Assembly (NCBI GenBank): GCA_038087875.1
Contig: CM075993.1
Span: 1,552,001 to 1,616,000 of the forward strand
Source: Malacoraja senta
Lineage: Eukaryota
DNA length: 64,000 nucleotides
Direction of reading: 5' to 3'
Shown piece by piece: positions 35,166-47,705 of this stretch. Every line of letters starts with the position of its first letter. Position 1 is the stretch's first letter. The translations under genes were made by a program, and so were the position numbers. The notes under the pieces are model-generated. The model did not search any database. It saw only the letters and a list, made by a program, of their open reading frames with translations, and was not told where the DNA came from.

Positions 35166-35735
35166 AGGGGGGAGGGGGAAACTTTTTTTTCAGTCTCTTA
35201 CCCTGCCGGAGATGCGATTGTTTTCCGGATCGCATCTCCGGTCGCTCTGCGGGCTAACATCTTGGAGCTAGCGCCCTCCTCGGACTGACTTTGAGCCCCA
35301 CCGCAGGTCGTGGACTTACCATCAGAGCTGATTCCTTGTCTGGGATCACTGTGGACTTTACATCGAGAGATCGCAGTCTCGAGAGAGAGAGAGACCGAGT
35401 CGGGAGCTCCAACGACGCAGAGGTTAGACGTCCCGACCCGGGATCCGATCACCCGCCGTGGGGGAGCTGACATCACCCCCCCCCCCCCCCCCGATAGGGG
35501 AGCTGACCTCCCCGATGCGTTGGGCCCAAACGCCGCCGGGTACGGGAGTCAAGATCGTTCCGTCAACGGAGGGCTCTTCCAACAGTGTGAGGAATGTGGA
35601 GGAGTCACTGTGCTGGATGTTTCTGTTAAAATGTGTTTTTGTGTGTTCCGTTGCTTTTTATTTGTATGACTGACTTGGCAAATGAAATTCCTCGTATGTT
35701 GCAAAACATACTTGGCTAATAAAGTATTATTGTAA
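35166..35735 (+). mobile_element. GC-rich non-autonomous retroelement or LINE 3' UTR with a Rex1-type tail
   Basis: CpG-rich body ending in GAAATTCCTCGTATGTTGCAAAACATACTTGGCTAATAAAG, similar to the Rex1 tail at 28711-28760. Confidence 0.5.
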
Positions 35736-36299
35736 TTGAATACGAGTACTTTCCACATTCAACATTTTAAGATGCATGTAGGGGAAGCACATTTTTTAAC
35801 AATAGGCTTACTTTTCCCATTTGAAGATACAAAGTGCCGTATCTCTGGAGAACATAGATAGGTGACGTTTTTGTCGGGCACTTTTAGTGGATAGAAAGTT
35901 ATAAAGATTAGTTGCAACATCTCACAGTACTTTGCCAATTGTCTTTCATACAATACTTCAAACCCAATGGCTTTACAAGTGTAAAGAAACCAGGCAACCC
36001 AGCCAGACAGTATTTTTGCTGAACAATGGGTGGATAAGAAGCTATTAGGCAAATGTAAATGACAGGGGGACATCATGGAACTTCAAAGATCTAATGTATA
36101 TCTCATCGGCTCTTGGTTCATTGTGACTAGCTTGTGCTCTCCCCTCAATGATAACAGGATGTACATGTATGTAGGGATGTAGCACAATGGCACAGTGGTT
36201 TAATAAAGGATGGAAATTTAAGAGAAATAAAGTGCATCCAGCTGAATAAAATGCAAAGCATTAAGTTCACAAGGACCTCTCCGAGTTCTCATAGCATCT

Positions 36300-37070
36300 G
36301 TCAAGTCAAGAGAGTTTATTGTCGTGTCCTAGATAGGACAATGAAATTCTTGCTTGCTGCAGCACAGTAGAGTATTGTAAGCATAAATACAGAACAGTTC
36401 AGTGTGTCTATATAGCATAGACCATATATATACACATAAATAAACAGATAAAGTGCAATAGGCTGTTATAGTTCAGAGTTTGTTTGATGGCGAGTTTAAT
36501 AGCCTGATGGCTGTGGGGAAGTAGCTTTTCCTGAACCTGGATGTACCAGATTTCAGGCTCCTGTACCTTCTACCTGATGGCAGCGGAGAGATGAGTGTGT
36601 GGCCAGGATGGTGTGGGTCCTTGATGATGTTGGCAGCCTTTTTAAGGCAGCGACTGCGATAGATCCCTTCGATGGTGGGGAGGTCAGAGCCGATGATGGA
36701 CTGGGCAGTGGTCACAACTTTCTGCATTCTTTTCCGCTCCAGGACACTCAAGTTGCCGAACCAAGCCACGATGCAACCTGACAGCATGCTCTCTACTGTG
36801 CACCTGTAGAAGTTCGAGAGAGTCCTCTTTGACATACCGACTCTCCGTAATCTTCTCAGGAAGTAGAGGCACTGATGTGCTTACTTTATAATTGCATCAG
36901 TGTGTTGGGACCAGGAAAGATCTTTGGAAATATGCACGCCCAGGAATTTGGATTTCTTGACCCTTTCCACCATCGTCCCATTGATATAAACGGGATTGTG
37001 GGTCCCTATCCTATCCCTTCCAAAGTCCACAATCAGTTCCTTGGTATTGCTGGTGTTGAGAGCCAGGTTA
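36300..37070 (-). mobile_element. Rex1/Babar LINE 3' portion
   Basis: LSNFYRCTVESMLSGCIVAWFG...IIKDPHHPGH...LPSGRRYRS...YFPTAIRLLN plus 3' tail. Confidence 0.88.
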
Positions 37071-37309
37071 TGTCCTGTTCAACAATTCTTTATTATTGTG
37101 GAATCTGGCTGACTTCAGCAAAGCCAGGATTTATTGTCTATGAGAAGATAGTGTGATCAGCCTTCTGAATTTCTCCAGTACCTCTGGTGAAGTTACTCCC
37201 ACAGTGCTGTTTGGTAATGTGTTCCAAGATTTAAAGCCAGAGATGAAGGGCTGGATATTTTTCCAGATTAGGATGGTGTGTGATCTGGAGTTGAATCCTG
37301 CAAATCTTT

Positions 37310-37460
37310 TCTGAACCCTTTCAAGGTTGACAACATCTTTCCTATAACATGGTGCCCAGAACGGAGCACAATACTCTAAATGCGGTCTCACCATTGTCTT
37401 ATACAACTGGAACATGACCTCCCAACTTCTATACTCAATATTCTGACTGATGAAGGCCAA
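37310..37460 (-). mobile_element. CR1 fragment
   Basis: [30 protein letters not shown]. Confidence 0.75.
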
Positions 37461-38074
37461 AAGATGCCGACATAGAAATGGAACTTCATACCTGGTATGG
37501 ATTTTCTATTCTGTTTTGTCAAGAGCAGAAAGAAAGATTATCCTTGAATTTGTGCTACTGCGTTGGAACATTGCATAATGCTACCCAAAATTGTTGATAG
37601 GGATAGAAGCCAAAATTCCATCCAAATTAAAATTAAAAGATATGGGTACTGATTATGTTTGGCTCCAATTAGATTATAACAAGGACATAACTTACAGAAA
37701 GACAAATATTTAGGCTACCAAAACATGGAACATAAATAATTCCTCAAGATGTTTATATAACTTGGATGCAAAACTTTGCGTTGATATGGCAAATTACCAA
37801 GGAACAAGGAAGAACATTGTGTGAAAAGAGTTGCAGCAGACATTGACACTCGCAAAGCATATGATTTTACTTCGGAGTCAAGTGAGTGACTACGTGAAGA
37901 ACCCCGCCAGGGCGCCTGCGTGTCATTACGTCAGACGCATTGGCGCAAACGGACGCGAGGAGCTAAGCTCCTCTAGTGGAATTGTAGTTTTCAACTACAA
38001 GGTAAGTAGAATTTTTTTCAAGTATTTCCGGGTCCGTTTACTGTGGGTCTGTGGGGATTTTTTCCACAGACACC

Positions 38075-39082
38075 ATGGAAAAAACGGGCAAGGGGAAGAG
38101 GCGAGCGACTCAGCCGACAGAAAGTCGGGAGATTGCGGTTAGCGACCGACCGCCTCTAACCCCGGTAGTCGCCAGCGGAGAGCGTAGCGACTGTGGACCT
38201 GGGGCTGGTGAGAACACAGTCAGCGCCTGTCGGGCGCAAGGCCAAGTTCAAATCGAGACGGCCCACGGAGGAGGAGTCCCAGGCAATGGAAGTAGCTCCA
38301 GGGCTAGATACTGCTTTTGAGCGGATTGCCCAGATGGAAAGCCTTGTACATAGGCTGTTGGAGCGAAGCACACTCAGGGAGGAGTGTAGCGAAACCCAAG
38401 CTGCAGAAAGCAGCTCAACAGCTCCTGGTTCAGGGCTGATGGAATGCACCCTCAGGGATGAGGCGCGTGCCACGGGTCATGAGAGTTCAGACCCCGACTC
38501 TGACGGTGAGGCTGTACAAGGTGAAGAATGGCAGCTGACAGATGTTCCACCCCTGGCAGTATGATTCGCTGCTCCGTCAGGGTCAGGAGAACCATTAGGA
38601 GAAGAATTGGCCTCCCTAATAAATTATTTGGTTTCCCATCAGCTGGAACAGCAGGAGATGGATAAGACTGCAAGAAAGCATGAGACCCCAAGTAACTGTG
38701 TGTTGCTGAAAGCACCAGCAGTGAATCAAATCATCTGGAATCAGTTGAGTATGACTATGAGAACTCAAGAAGTGAAATTGCAGAGAATATTAAAGCTGCT
38801 GGGTTCTGGAATAAACTGCTTTTGCCAGAATAGCGGATAAAAGCCAAGAGATGACGGAGTTGCATCAGGAAGCACTGGGGTTGCTATGCAGCACCCACTT
38901 CGAGATCAATTGTCTGAGGAAGGGTGCTATACGGCCTACTATGAATCCTAAATTCGCAGCACTCTGCAAACCAAGTAATATACAATTACCCAATTTACTC
39001 TTTGGAGAGGATCTCGGGAGACATATTAAAGAGTTGGAAGATGAAGCGAAAACAGGATTGATGAAAACATCGATGGTTGCAA
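38075..39082 (+). pseudogene. DIRS gag-like ORF1, frameshifted and truncated
   Basis: ACCATGG start; pieces in successive frames (ORFs 38051, 38193, 38607, 38851) ending in RKGAIRP.MNPKF..LC...LLFGEDL. Confidence 0.75.
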
Positions 39083-39450
39083 AGTGACAACAGATGGCGC
39101 AATGGGCTAAGTGTTCGGCTGGCAACCGGAAGGTAGCCGGTTCGAATCCCGCTTGGAGTGCATACTGTCGTTGTGTCGTTGTGTCCTTGGGCAAGACACT
39201 TCACCCACCTTTGCCTGCGTGTGAATGTGTGTGAATGTGTGTGAGTGATTTGTGGTGGTCGGAGGGGCCGTAGGCGCAGATTAGCAGCCACGCTTCCGTC
39301 AGTCTGCCCCAGGGCAGCTGTGGCTACAGAAGTAGCTCACCACCACCGAGTGTGACTGAGGAGTGAATGAATAATGCGATGTAAAGCGCCTTGAGTATTA
39401 GAAAGGCGCTATATAAATCCCATTTAAAAAAAAATTAAAAAAAATTAAAA
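39083..39450 (+). mobile_element. tRNA-derived SINE with L2-type 3' tail, inserted in DIRS
   Basis: A box TGGCGCAATGG (39095), B box GGTTCGAATCC (39139), tail stem-loop AGCGCCTT...AAGGCGCT, then TATATAAAT and an A-rich end. Confidence 0.85.
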
Positions 39451-39465
39451 GTCTGTAAAGAGGAG

Positions 39466-40899
39466 GTATCCTTTCACTCGGAAGATAGGAAGTATCTTAA
39501 ATTTACATGGATGAACCAGTTATGGCAGTTCAAAGCCCTGCCTAATGGGTTAACGTCCGCTCCCAGAATATTCACAACATTGTTAAAACCAATTCTGGGG
39601 TTGCTGAGAAGCCAGGGGCATGTACTAATGGCATACTTGGATGATGTCCTGATTATAGGAAGGACAAAAGAGTGAACGGAAGCATCTGTTGCAGTTGTGA
39701 AATCCACTTTTGAACGTTTGGGGTTTCTAATTCATCCAAAGAAATCAAGGTTAACACCATGTACCTCGATTGATTATTTGGGTTTCACAATTGATTCAGT
39801 TCAAATGAAAATTACTTTGCCCAGGGAAAAAAGGGCGGAGTTGATTAAAGATTGCAGTAATCTGTTAAACGAGCAAAAACCCTCAATCAGACAGGTGGCT
39901 CGAGTACTGGGAAAATTAGTAGCAGCATTCCCAGCAGTCCAATACGGACCATTACATTATCAACAGCTGCAGAGAGTTAAAGAACAGGCACTGAGAATGC
40001 ATGCTGGTCATTTTGATAGAACCATGCAACTAACAACAAATGCTGTTTGTGATCTGCAGTGGTGGATTCTACATGTCTCAAGCAGTTCCAGCAAAGTGCT
40101 GATGGAACAACCTTCCATGATATTACAAACTGATGCCAGTGCACTAGAATGGGGTGCAACTGACTTAGCATCTAGCTGCGGAGGCAGATGGAATCAGGAA
40201 GAGTCATTGTTACTGCAGACATGGGGAATTAACTATTTGGAGCTTTTAGGATGTTTCTATGGACTCCAAGCTTACTGTTCTAACACAACTAATCTGCATG
40301 TTCAAGTTCAAATTGATAACACGACAGCAGTTGCCTATATCAATCATATGGGTGGAATCAAGTCGGTGTCATGTGACAAAATGGCTAATCAAATTTGGTC
40401 TTGGTGTATTGAAAAGAACATTTGGATTTCAGCTATCCATCTACCAGGTAGATTGAATACGATAGCAGACACCGGGTCACGAAGGTTCCAGGATAATAAA
40501 GAATGGATGTTGAATCGAGAGGTATTCAATGACATAGTAATCAGATTTGGAATGCCAGACATCGACTTGTTCGCATCTAGACTAAATCATCAACTATCGA
40601 GATATGTGTCATGGGAACCAGATCCAGCAGTGGCGATTGATGCTTTCTCGCTACATTGGGGTGGTATGTTTTTATATATATTTCCACCTTTCTGCCTCAT
40701 AAGCCGATGTTTGCTTAAAATCAGGCAAGATGCTGCTTCAGGGGTACTAGTGGTACCTGAATGGCCTACACAGCCATGGTATCCGTTAATATTAGAATTA
40801 ACGACACAAACGTTGATGAAAGTCCCAAAAAGAAGTAATCTATTGCTGCACCCTGTGACAGGGGAACAACATCCATTATATGATCTTTGGATTTGTTGA
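39466..40899 (+). pseudogene. DIRS pol: RT (N-terminus missing), RNase H and methyltransferase-like domain
   Basis: RKYLKF.W...WQFKALPNGLTSAPRIFT; YLDD at 39634-39645; in-frame TGA at 39673; RNase H motifs QTDAS, INYLEL, DNTTA; MT-like DLFAS...DAF...FPPF...PEWPTQPWY. Confidence 0.9.
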
Positions 40900-41881
40900 T
40901 TTGCAGGTTTTAAGAAGGCCTTTTCTGGGGCGAGGACTGTCTGAGCGTACTGTGGACATGCTTACGGCAGCCTGGAGGAAGAGCACTCAAAAACAGTACC
41001 TTTCTTATATTAAGAAATGGGAAGAGTTCTGTGTACAAAAGAATGTGGAATATAGTACTGCAGATATTTCAAATGTTTTAGAATTTCTTTCAAAACTTTA
41101 TTATGATGAAGGTTTGAGTTATAGTGCAATTAATTCAGCCAGAAGTGCATTGTCCTCATATTTGGTTCTGGATTCAGAAAGAAATCCAATTGGGTCGCAC
41201 CCACTTGTTTCCAGACTGATGAAAGGAATCTTTAATTCCAAACCTCCGAAACCTAGGTACATGACAATCTGGGATGTAAGTGTGGTGCTGAAGCTACTTC
41301 GTGAATGGTCACCAAGTGTGTCTTTACCTTTGGCCAAACTCAGTATGAAAGTAGTCATGCTTATGGCATTAGTGACAGCACAACGAGTGCAAACACTTCA
41401 AAAATTACAAATAGACAGGATGGAAGTAACTGAAGACAAGGTTACATTCTATATCTATGACCTACTAAAGCAAAGAAGGCTAGGTGTGACAGGATTTAAA
41501 ATTGTGCTAGCAGCATATCCAAATGATCCTTGTCTCTGTATTAAGACATATTTGTTACAATACATTGAGGTCACAAAGGGCTTGAGAAATACGGAAACTG
41601 GGTTGTTGATCACACACAAGAAACCACACAAAAGAGTTTCAGTACAGACTATTTCCAGATGGTTAAAAGAAGTCTTAACAGCTGCTGGTATTAACACTGA
41701 TCTTTTTACATCTCACTCGACTAGGGCAGCAGCAACGTCGGCGGCCAGGGCGAAAGACGTCCCCGTCGACCATATCCTCGCAGCCGCCGGGTGGTCCAAT
41801 GAGTTGATGTTTCAACAATTTTACCATCGGCCTATTGTTAATGCGGGATTGTTTGCAAAAACTATTTTAAGTTCTGTGTAA
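40880..41881 (+). CDS. DIRS tyrosine recombinase, uninterrupted ORF
   Basis: SAM-like N-terminal region (YSAINSARSALS) and catalytic-type motifs AQR, HSTR (41714), AGW and FY. Confidence 0.9.
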   Translation: MIFGFVDLQVLRRPFLGRGLSERTVDMLTAAWRKSTQKQYLSYIKKWEEFCVQKNVEYSTADISNVLEFLSKLYYDEGLSYSAINSARSALSSYLVLDSERNPIGSHPLVSRLMKGIFNSKPPKPRYMTIWDVSVVLKLLREWSPSVSLPLAKLSMKVVMLMALVTAQRVQTLQKLQIDRMEVTEDKVTFYIYDLLKQRRLGVTGFKIVLAAYPNDPCLCIKTYLLQYIEVTKGLRNTETGLLITHKKPHKRVSVQTISRWLKEVLTAAGINTDLFTSHSTRAAATSAARAKDVPVDHILAAAGWSNELMFQQFYHRPIVNAGLFAKTILSSV

Positions 41882-42054
41882 ATTCCTCTGGTTTAAAGGG
41901 GATATGATTAATTTTCATTATTAAAATAAATGAATTACTGCATTTGTGGTACAAATGTTATTATTAATGCATTATTGATTATTCTCGTTCCGAGTCAATC
42001 AATGCAGTGAGAAGCCGGGATTTGTCTACGGCATGAAATCACAAAGCTTTAAAA

Positions 42055-42400
42055 TCTTCACGTAGTCACTCATGTGACTCCGAAGTAAAACAGTAAGATT
42101 ATACGAGAACTTACCTAAGTTTGAAGTTTGATCTTTATTTTATGAGGAGTTACGTTGGTGATTACGTGCCCACCACGACCCAACCCTCTATCATAAAGGT
42201 CAGATGGAAGTTCTTGTATTACTCGTTTTATTATGATACTATATTACTTTGCTTGTTGTTTTTTGTGATTTCACACCGCTGCTTTGAAGATTGACGCGCA
42301 GGCGCTCTGGCGGGGTTCTTCACGTAATCACCAACGTAACTCCTCATAAAATAAAGATCAAACTTCAAACTTAGGTAAGTTCTCGTTTAATCTTACTATT
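42055..42400 (+). repeat. DIRS internal complementary region and right terminal repeat
   Basis: 42055-42090 is the reverse complement of 37865-37900; 42092-42168 is the reverse complement of 42321-42397. Confidence 0.93.
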
Positions 42401-45229
42401 AGCCTTTGGAAACAATGGACTGTTGAAAAGCAACTGAATCTTGAGGATAATTAGAAAAAGGTGTGGAAGAAGAAAGCAGAATTAACATCTGAGGTTGTTC
42501 GGCCATTTTGTAAACTAGATGAATGAATGTAATCGTGCAGCTGTAAAAGCCTGAAGAAGATAGAAGATATTTAGGTTATCGGGCATGGCAGAGGCAGGAC
42601 TAAATTAATTGACAGAAGTGCTGCTATTGGCAGAAGTATGTGTGAGCAAAAAAACAAAACCAGGTAAGATTAACTCGCAACCACTCACATGTTAAAGATT
42701 AATCAAAATCTGTTTTTCAGTTACAACTAATAGGAAATTGGATATTTACAAGATTGACATATCCTAATTAAAATGGCTGAGTTATATCAGATATCACCTG
42801 GGTTGGATATTATTTCCACAAATAAATTACCTTTTTTGCATTTGTTGTTTTTGTGCAGATGGCATTGCCTTTGAACCAAAGGTATCAGTACTTCATTAGC
42901 AAATTACTCTTCATTTAAATCACACGCAGAAAAAAACTCCAGATGCAAAGTTGGAAGCTGTAAATACACATCATGCCACTCAAGAGCTGACTATTTGGAA
43001 ATATTCAGGAGTTATAGAATTATGTGGTCAGTATATATTTATTAAAATAAGAACCAATCCTCTAAATGGCAAAACAACTTGTACACAAGTTTGTAGGAAG
43101 GAACTGCAGATGCTGGTTTACATTGAAGATAGACACAAAATGCTGGAGTAACTCAGCGGGACAGGCAGCATCTCTGGATAGAAGGAATGGGTGACGTTTT
43201 GGGTCGAGACCGACAGAGTTTAATTTGCAAGGATACTTTAAACCATATTGAAACCAGTCATCAGGTGAGGAACATTCTAATCAGTACCATTGATGACAAT
43301 AAATGAATTCATGTGCATGTTAACTAACCCTCATTGAAACCTCCAAAGTGAGATAAAAATGGAGACATCTCATATGTCAACATATATAGTAAAATGCAAA
43401 TCCTTGCTCTTCAATGTAGAGTTTGTCTGGTCATTTAATATTCTGCTGTTCCTGTGTCCAGAGAACTATCCATCAACATGACAACAAAATAATCATACTT
43501 TGGATGTCAATGAAGATGTTAATAATAAGTGCAGCAAATTCCGACATCTTGAATTCTCTAGTCCTCTACTAGTTCCAACAATCTTTTATTCGTTTTTGGG
43601 AGGAGGGATAATAATACAGGAAAATGTGTGTAATTTATAATAACATAATTTCCCTCAATATTTCTATTGTTACTTTTACTTGCTCACATGAACCTGTTTC
43701 TCGGTGCTGGGACATTTTTGAAAGAAATCCATCAATTTTAAAGAATCAAATTACAATAATTGTCAGGCATTTTGTTCTATAATTATATGATGATTGAGAT
43801 CTGTGAGGTCGTACAACAATTTGTTTTGTTTTGACTGGTTTATCTCCAAACCAACATCACTAAAATAATTGCATCTTAAAGGAGATTACTTTGCAGAAGT
43901 CAGCTGCTATGTTTCCTGCAGTCATTTTATCATTTGGCTTTGATTTCAATCCGTATGTTCATGTCTGTGTTTTGTAGATGATAACATTTAGTTTGTTTGA
44001 CAGTCAGATATGCTGTGGAAAAGATCAGACCATTCTTAGAGATATGTTCCTTGTTTTTAATTTAACAGCTGCAGTTGCAAACAGTGTTTGATTAAAGTTT
44101 CTGTTGGTTGTGAGTGGAAGGACCAGAACTGTCAAGGTTGTGCGAGTCTGAAGAAGGATCCTGTCCAATTCCTCCACAGATGTTGCCTGACCTGCTGAGT
44201 TCTTTCAGCTCTTTAGTTTTGCTCATTGTTTCTACATCTTTAGCTCCTTGTGTGAGGTCTTTGTTTTCTGTAATATTATTGTTCCATTGTGCCTTCTTGG
44301 TGATCTTGGCATGCATTCAATGCTGTAGGGGATTGCGATTGACTGGTCTGTGGGATATGTAAGCTTCTGATTCGCTATCAAGGGCAGTGTTGTTCACCTG
44401 CAGAGAATCATTGACTTCCATGCTCGGTAAACGATGTATATGGCCAAGCTTTGGAGCCGGTCCACCTTCAAGGTGTCATGGCTGTCTGTCCAAAATATGA
44501 ACACAATCTGCAGCGGGATATGTCAAAGCTAAAGGAACCATTTGGACTATTGAGAATAAATTCACAAGATGTGATTTAACACAGTTATTGTGTAGCTATC
44601 CTGATGCGAGTTCACCAGAAGACTAATGGAGTCAGAATTCTATTATGCAGAACATTGAGGCACCACTGCAACTCTTACATGTCAGCAAATATACATGGAA
44701 TGGCACAGTGGTGCAGCAGGTAGTGGCTCAGCTCCAACAACCCAGGCTCGATCTATACCTTTGTGAGCACTATTCCACTTTCCTCCCACATTCCAAAACA
44801 TTGTTCACTCCTAGTCCATCCTCTGTCTGCCAACATTTACTACTAGTTTCTACTAGTTGAAATTATTTCTGTGTGCTGGTTTGCAACCACATTGATAAGG
44901 CCTAGAGGATGACGTGATCCAACCAAGTCAATGTGGGCCTTAACACAATCTTGATAAGGTTACTGTGGACCCCACGGTTCCCATTTATCAGTTTCTGCAA
45001 CAGGAGGGTCATACACTTAAGGAAGTCATAGTCAGTATTGTTTCTCTTGATAATGTCAAGATGATGAGCAAACTGTACTGGTCAGAAGCTTATCTTAATT
45101 ACCAATAAGCGCTTTGAATGTAAGACAACGTCTGCTGCTGTGCTTAAAAAGCCTTTGGGTCTTGATAATGAGTCAGCAATAAGCTGTTTGTACCTGAATA
45201 GTGGATATCCATCATAAAAGAATTTAAAT

Positions 45230-45850
45230 CTATGCAAAGCGTTTGGCCCAAATGGTTGTCGTGACCAAGTGCTAAAGAACTGTGAGGACCAACTGGCTGG
45301 AGTATTCACGGACATCTTCAACCTCTCACTTCTGCGGTCTGAGGTTCTCAAGAAGGTGTATATTTTACGTGTGTCCCAGAACGACATGATGACATGCCTC
45401 AATGACCACTGCCGGGTAGCACTTAGATCCACCGTCATCAGATGCATCGAGGTTGGAAATGGGCATAATAACTCTTGCCTCAGAAATGATCTAGATCCAA
45501 TTCCTTTTGTGTATCGCTATAACAGATTAACAGCTGATGCGATTTCACTAGGTCTCCACTTTGCACTGGACCATCCGCATAACAGAAACACATACGTCAG
45601 GTTACTACTGTTCATCGACTAAAGCTTGGCGTCCAACCGAATCATCCCTTCCAAACTTATCACAAGCTCCAAGACCTGGGCCTCTGTACGTCCCTTTGTA
45701 GCTTGATGCTTGAGTTCCTCAGCGGCAGACCTCAATCAATGTAGAGTGGTAAGAACTCCTCACTGACCATCAACACAGGTACACCATAGGGCTGCGTGCT
45801 TAGGCCCTCCTCTTCTCTCTTTACAAACCTGATTGTGTAGCTAAGCAGTG
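45230..45850 (+). mobile_element. Degenerate Rex1/Babar RT fragment
   Basis: LKNCEDQLAGVFTDIFNLSL...CLNDHCRVAL...NTYVRLLLFID. Confidence 0.8.
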
Positions 45851-45854
45851 CATG

Positions 45855-46420
45855 GGGAGTGTACCGGCAAGCAGCAGCAAAGCCCACCAGCACACCCGGA
45901 CAGCCTGCCGCGGACAAGGCTCGCCTGTCGCGGACTGACTTCGGAGGTCCTGCCAATAGCCTGTCTCACCCACCGCTGATTCCGAACTCTGTCCCGAGCC
46001 ACCGGTGTAGACGGGACCCGCGAGCGAAGAGGGATCCGAGAGCAATGTGGATTGTCGGGAGCTAAGTGGACCGTCAAGAGCGAGGTGGACCACCAAGAGC
46101 GAGGAGGGGGACCTGTGCCTCCGAAAGCTAACTGGCGGGAGGCCGCTGAGACCAAAGGGGGACATGACAGAGGAGGCTACCAAGAAGGAAGGGGGGCCCG
46201 GCAGGGGGCTGTTAGGGGCCATTTGCTGTGGCAAGCCTGGTTCGCAGAAGCAGAAGATAAAAATGATGAACTTTTTGTAACTTTGTCAGCGCCAGATACG
46301 GAGCGACTCGTGTGTACTGCCTACGTGTAGCCTGCCGTATGATTCTACAAGGTTGTATGCAAAACAAAGCATTTCACTGTAATCAGGTACATGAGACAAT
46401 AATGTATCATGGAATCATTG
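45855..46420 (+). mobile_element. GC-rich repeat with LINE-type 3' tail
   Basis: CpG-rich body ending GCATTTCACTGT...GTACATGAGACAATAATG. Confidence 0.45.
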
Positions 46421-47509
46421 AATCCAGTCACAAGTGGCGAGAGGAGTTGTAACACTATATCCTGCACTTTATTTATTTTCTCTTTTGCATTACTTCATGT
46501 ACAATTTGCCCAGGTAGCAGAGATTCTAATGTAGCTTGAGATTCATGACAATAATAAACCAATGCTATTGGCGAAAACATCTTTCAACCACTACCCTTAT
46601 CTTCTACAACAAAGCCATTTTGGATCTAATTAGCTCACCTAGGATCCTATGTGCTTTAACCTTCAGGATCAGCCTCGCCAAAGTTCATGGACACAATGTC
46701 TACCCCTCTGCCTTCATCAATCTCCTCAGAATACTATCCACATGTCCCCTCTCTGAACTCATCACCTCCAATGTCCTATGTATGAAGGAACTGCAGATGC
46801 TGGTTTACACCAAATACAGACACAAAAAGCTGGAGTAACTCAGCGGGACAGGCAGCATCCTTGCATAGAAGCAATGGATGACGTTTCGGGTTGAGACCCT
46901 TCTTCAGACAGACCCATGTCATCCTCCTTGGAAGTATTAAATTTGAGCTTTACTCACATCACTTGGCTCCACACATGGGTTTCCCAGTGGACCACCCATT
47001 CTTTCGCTGGCTACTCTCTTCTTCATGATATGGTTAAACCCATTGCCTCCTTGTGCACGAGGACTTTATACATAGAAAAAGGTTCAATTCTGTGAATGTT
47101 TAGCTGATATATTCTCCACATTGTATTAAACAAATCAATGCCTGTTTCCTGGGCAACCATTGTTAATTCCTCAGCAATTAGAAGGCGATTTTCAGAAATG
47201 TTTTCCTGACTGCCATGTTGATTCAGGTTGTTCCTTTTATTTATGGTTTTTAATCCAGTGGCATACTCAAGAATTAAACTTTAACACAGACAGGACGAGG
47301 AGAAAGATTTCACAAAATAACCTAGCATACCACCGAGGCAGGACAACAGATGCCTGCATGTCTTTGAGGCATTTTGCAAGTAGCCTAGCTATGATTTCGA
47401 AGATCATTAAAGTTCACTCAGACTTGAGCACAAATCTTCTCTGATATCCAGGTGGCATTGATGGGCAAGCTGAGGCCCTTGTGTACGTGCGCAAGTTACA
47501 GGTTTTTTT

Positions 47510-47705
47510 AGGGACAATTTTACACAAGCCAGTTAACCTATAAACCTGCACATCTTCGGACTGTGGGAGGAAACTGGAGCACCCAGGGAAAACCCACGCA
47601 GTGACAGGGAAAATGTACAAACTCTGTACAGACAGCACCCGTAGTCAGGAGCGATCCCGGGCCTCTGGTGCTGTAAGGCAGCAACTCCACCATTGTGCCA
47701 CCCCT
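47510..47705 (-). mobile_element. HE1-like V-SINE, partial
   Basis: Reverse complement of the SINE head and body. Confidence 0.75.

Larger units (their letters stand above)
37864..42400 (+). mobile_element. DIRS1-type tyrosine-recombinase retrotransposon (defective gag/RT, intact termini)
   Basis: Left terminus 37865-37925; right ITR 42292-42326 complementary to 37891-37925; ICR 42055-42168 complementary to both ends; ATT at both junctions; order gag, RT/RNase H/MT, YR. Confidence 0.95.

Noticed and set aside
39090..39160. tRNA gene
   Set aside because: A and B boxes run into a SINE body and LINE-like tail; the same applies to the HE1 heads.
40880..41881. Phage integrase or bacterial contamination (tyrosine recombinase plus Dam-like domain)
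   Set aside because: Both lie inside a canonical eukaryotic DIRS1 element with RT/RNase H, ITRs and ICR.
45732..46330. Cluster of overlapping GC-rich ORFs
   Set aside because: They lie in a GC-rich repeat with a LINE-type tail and show no protein motifs.
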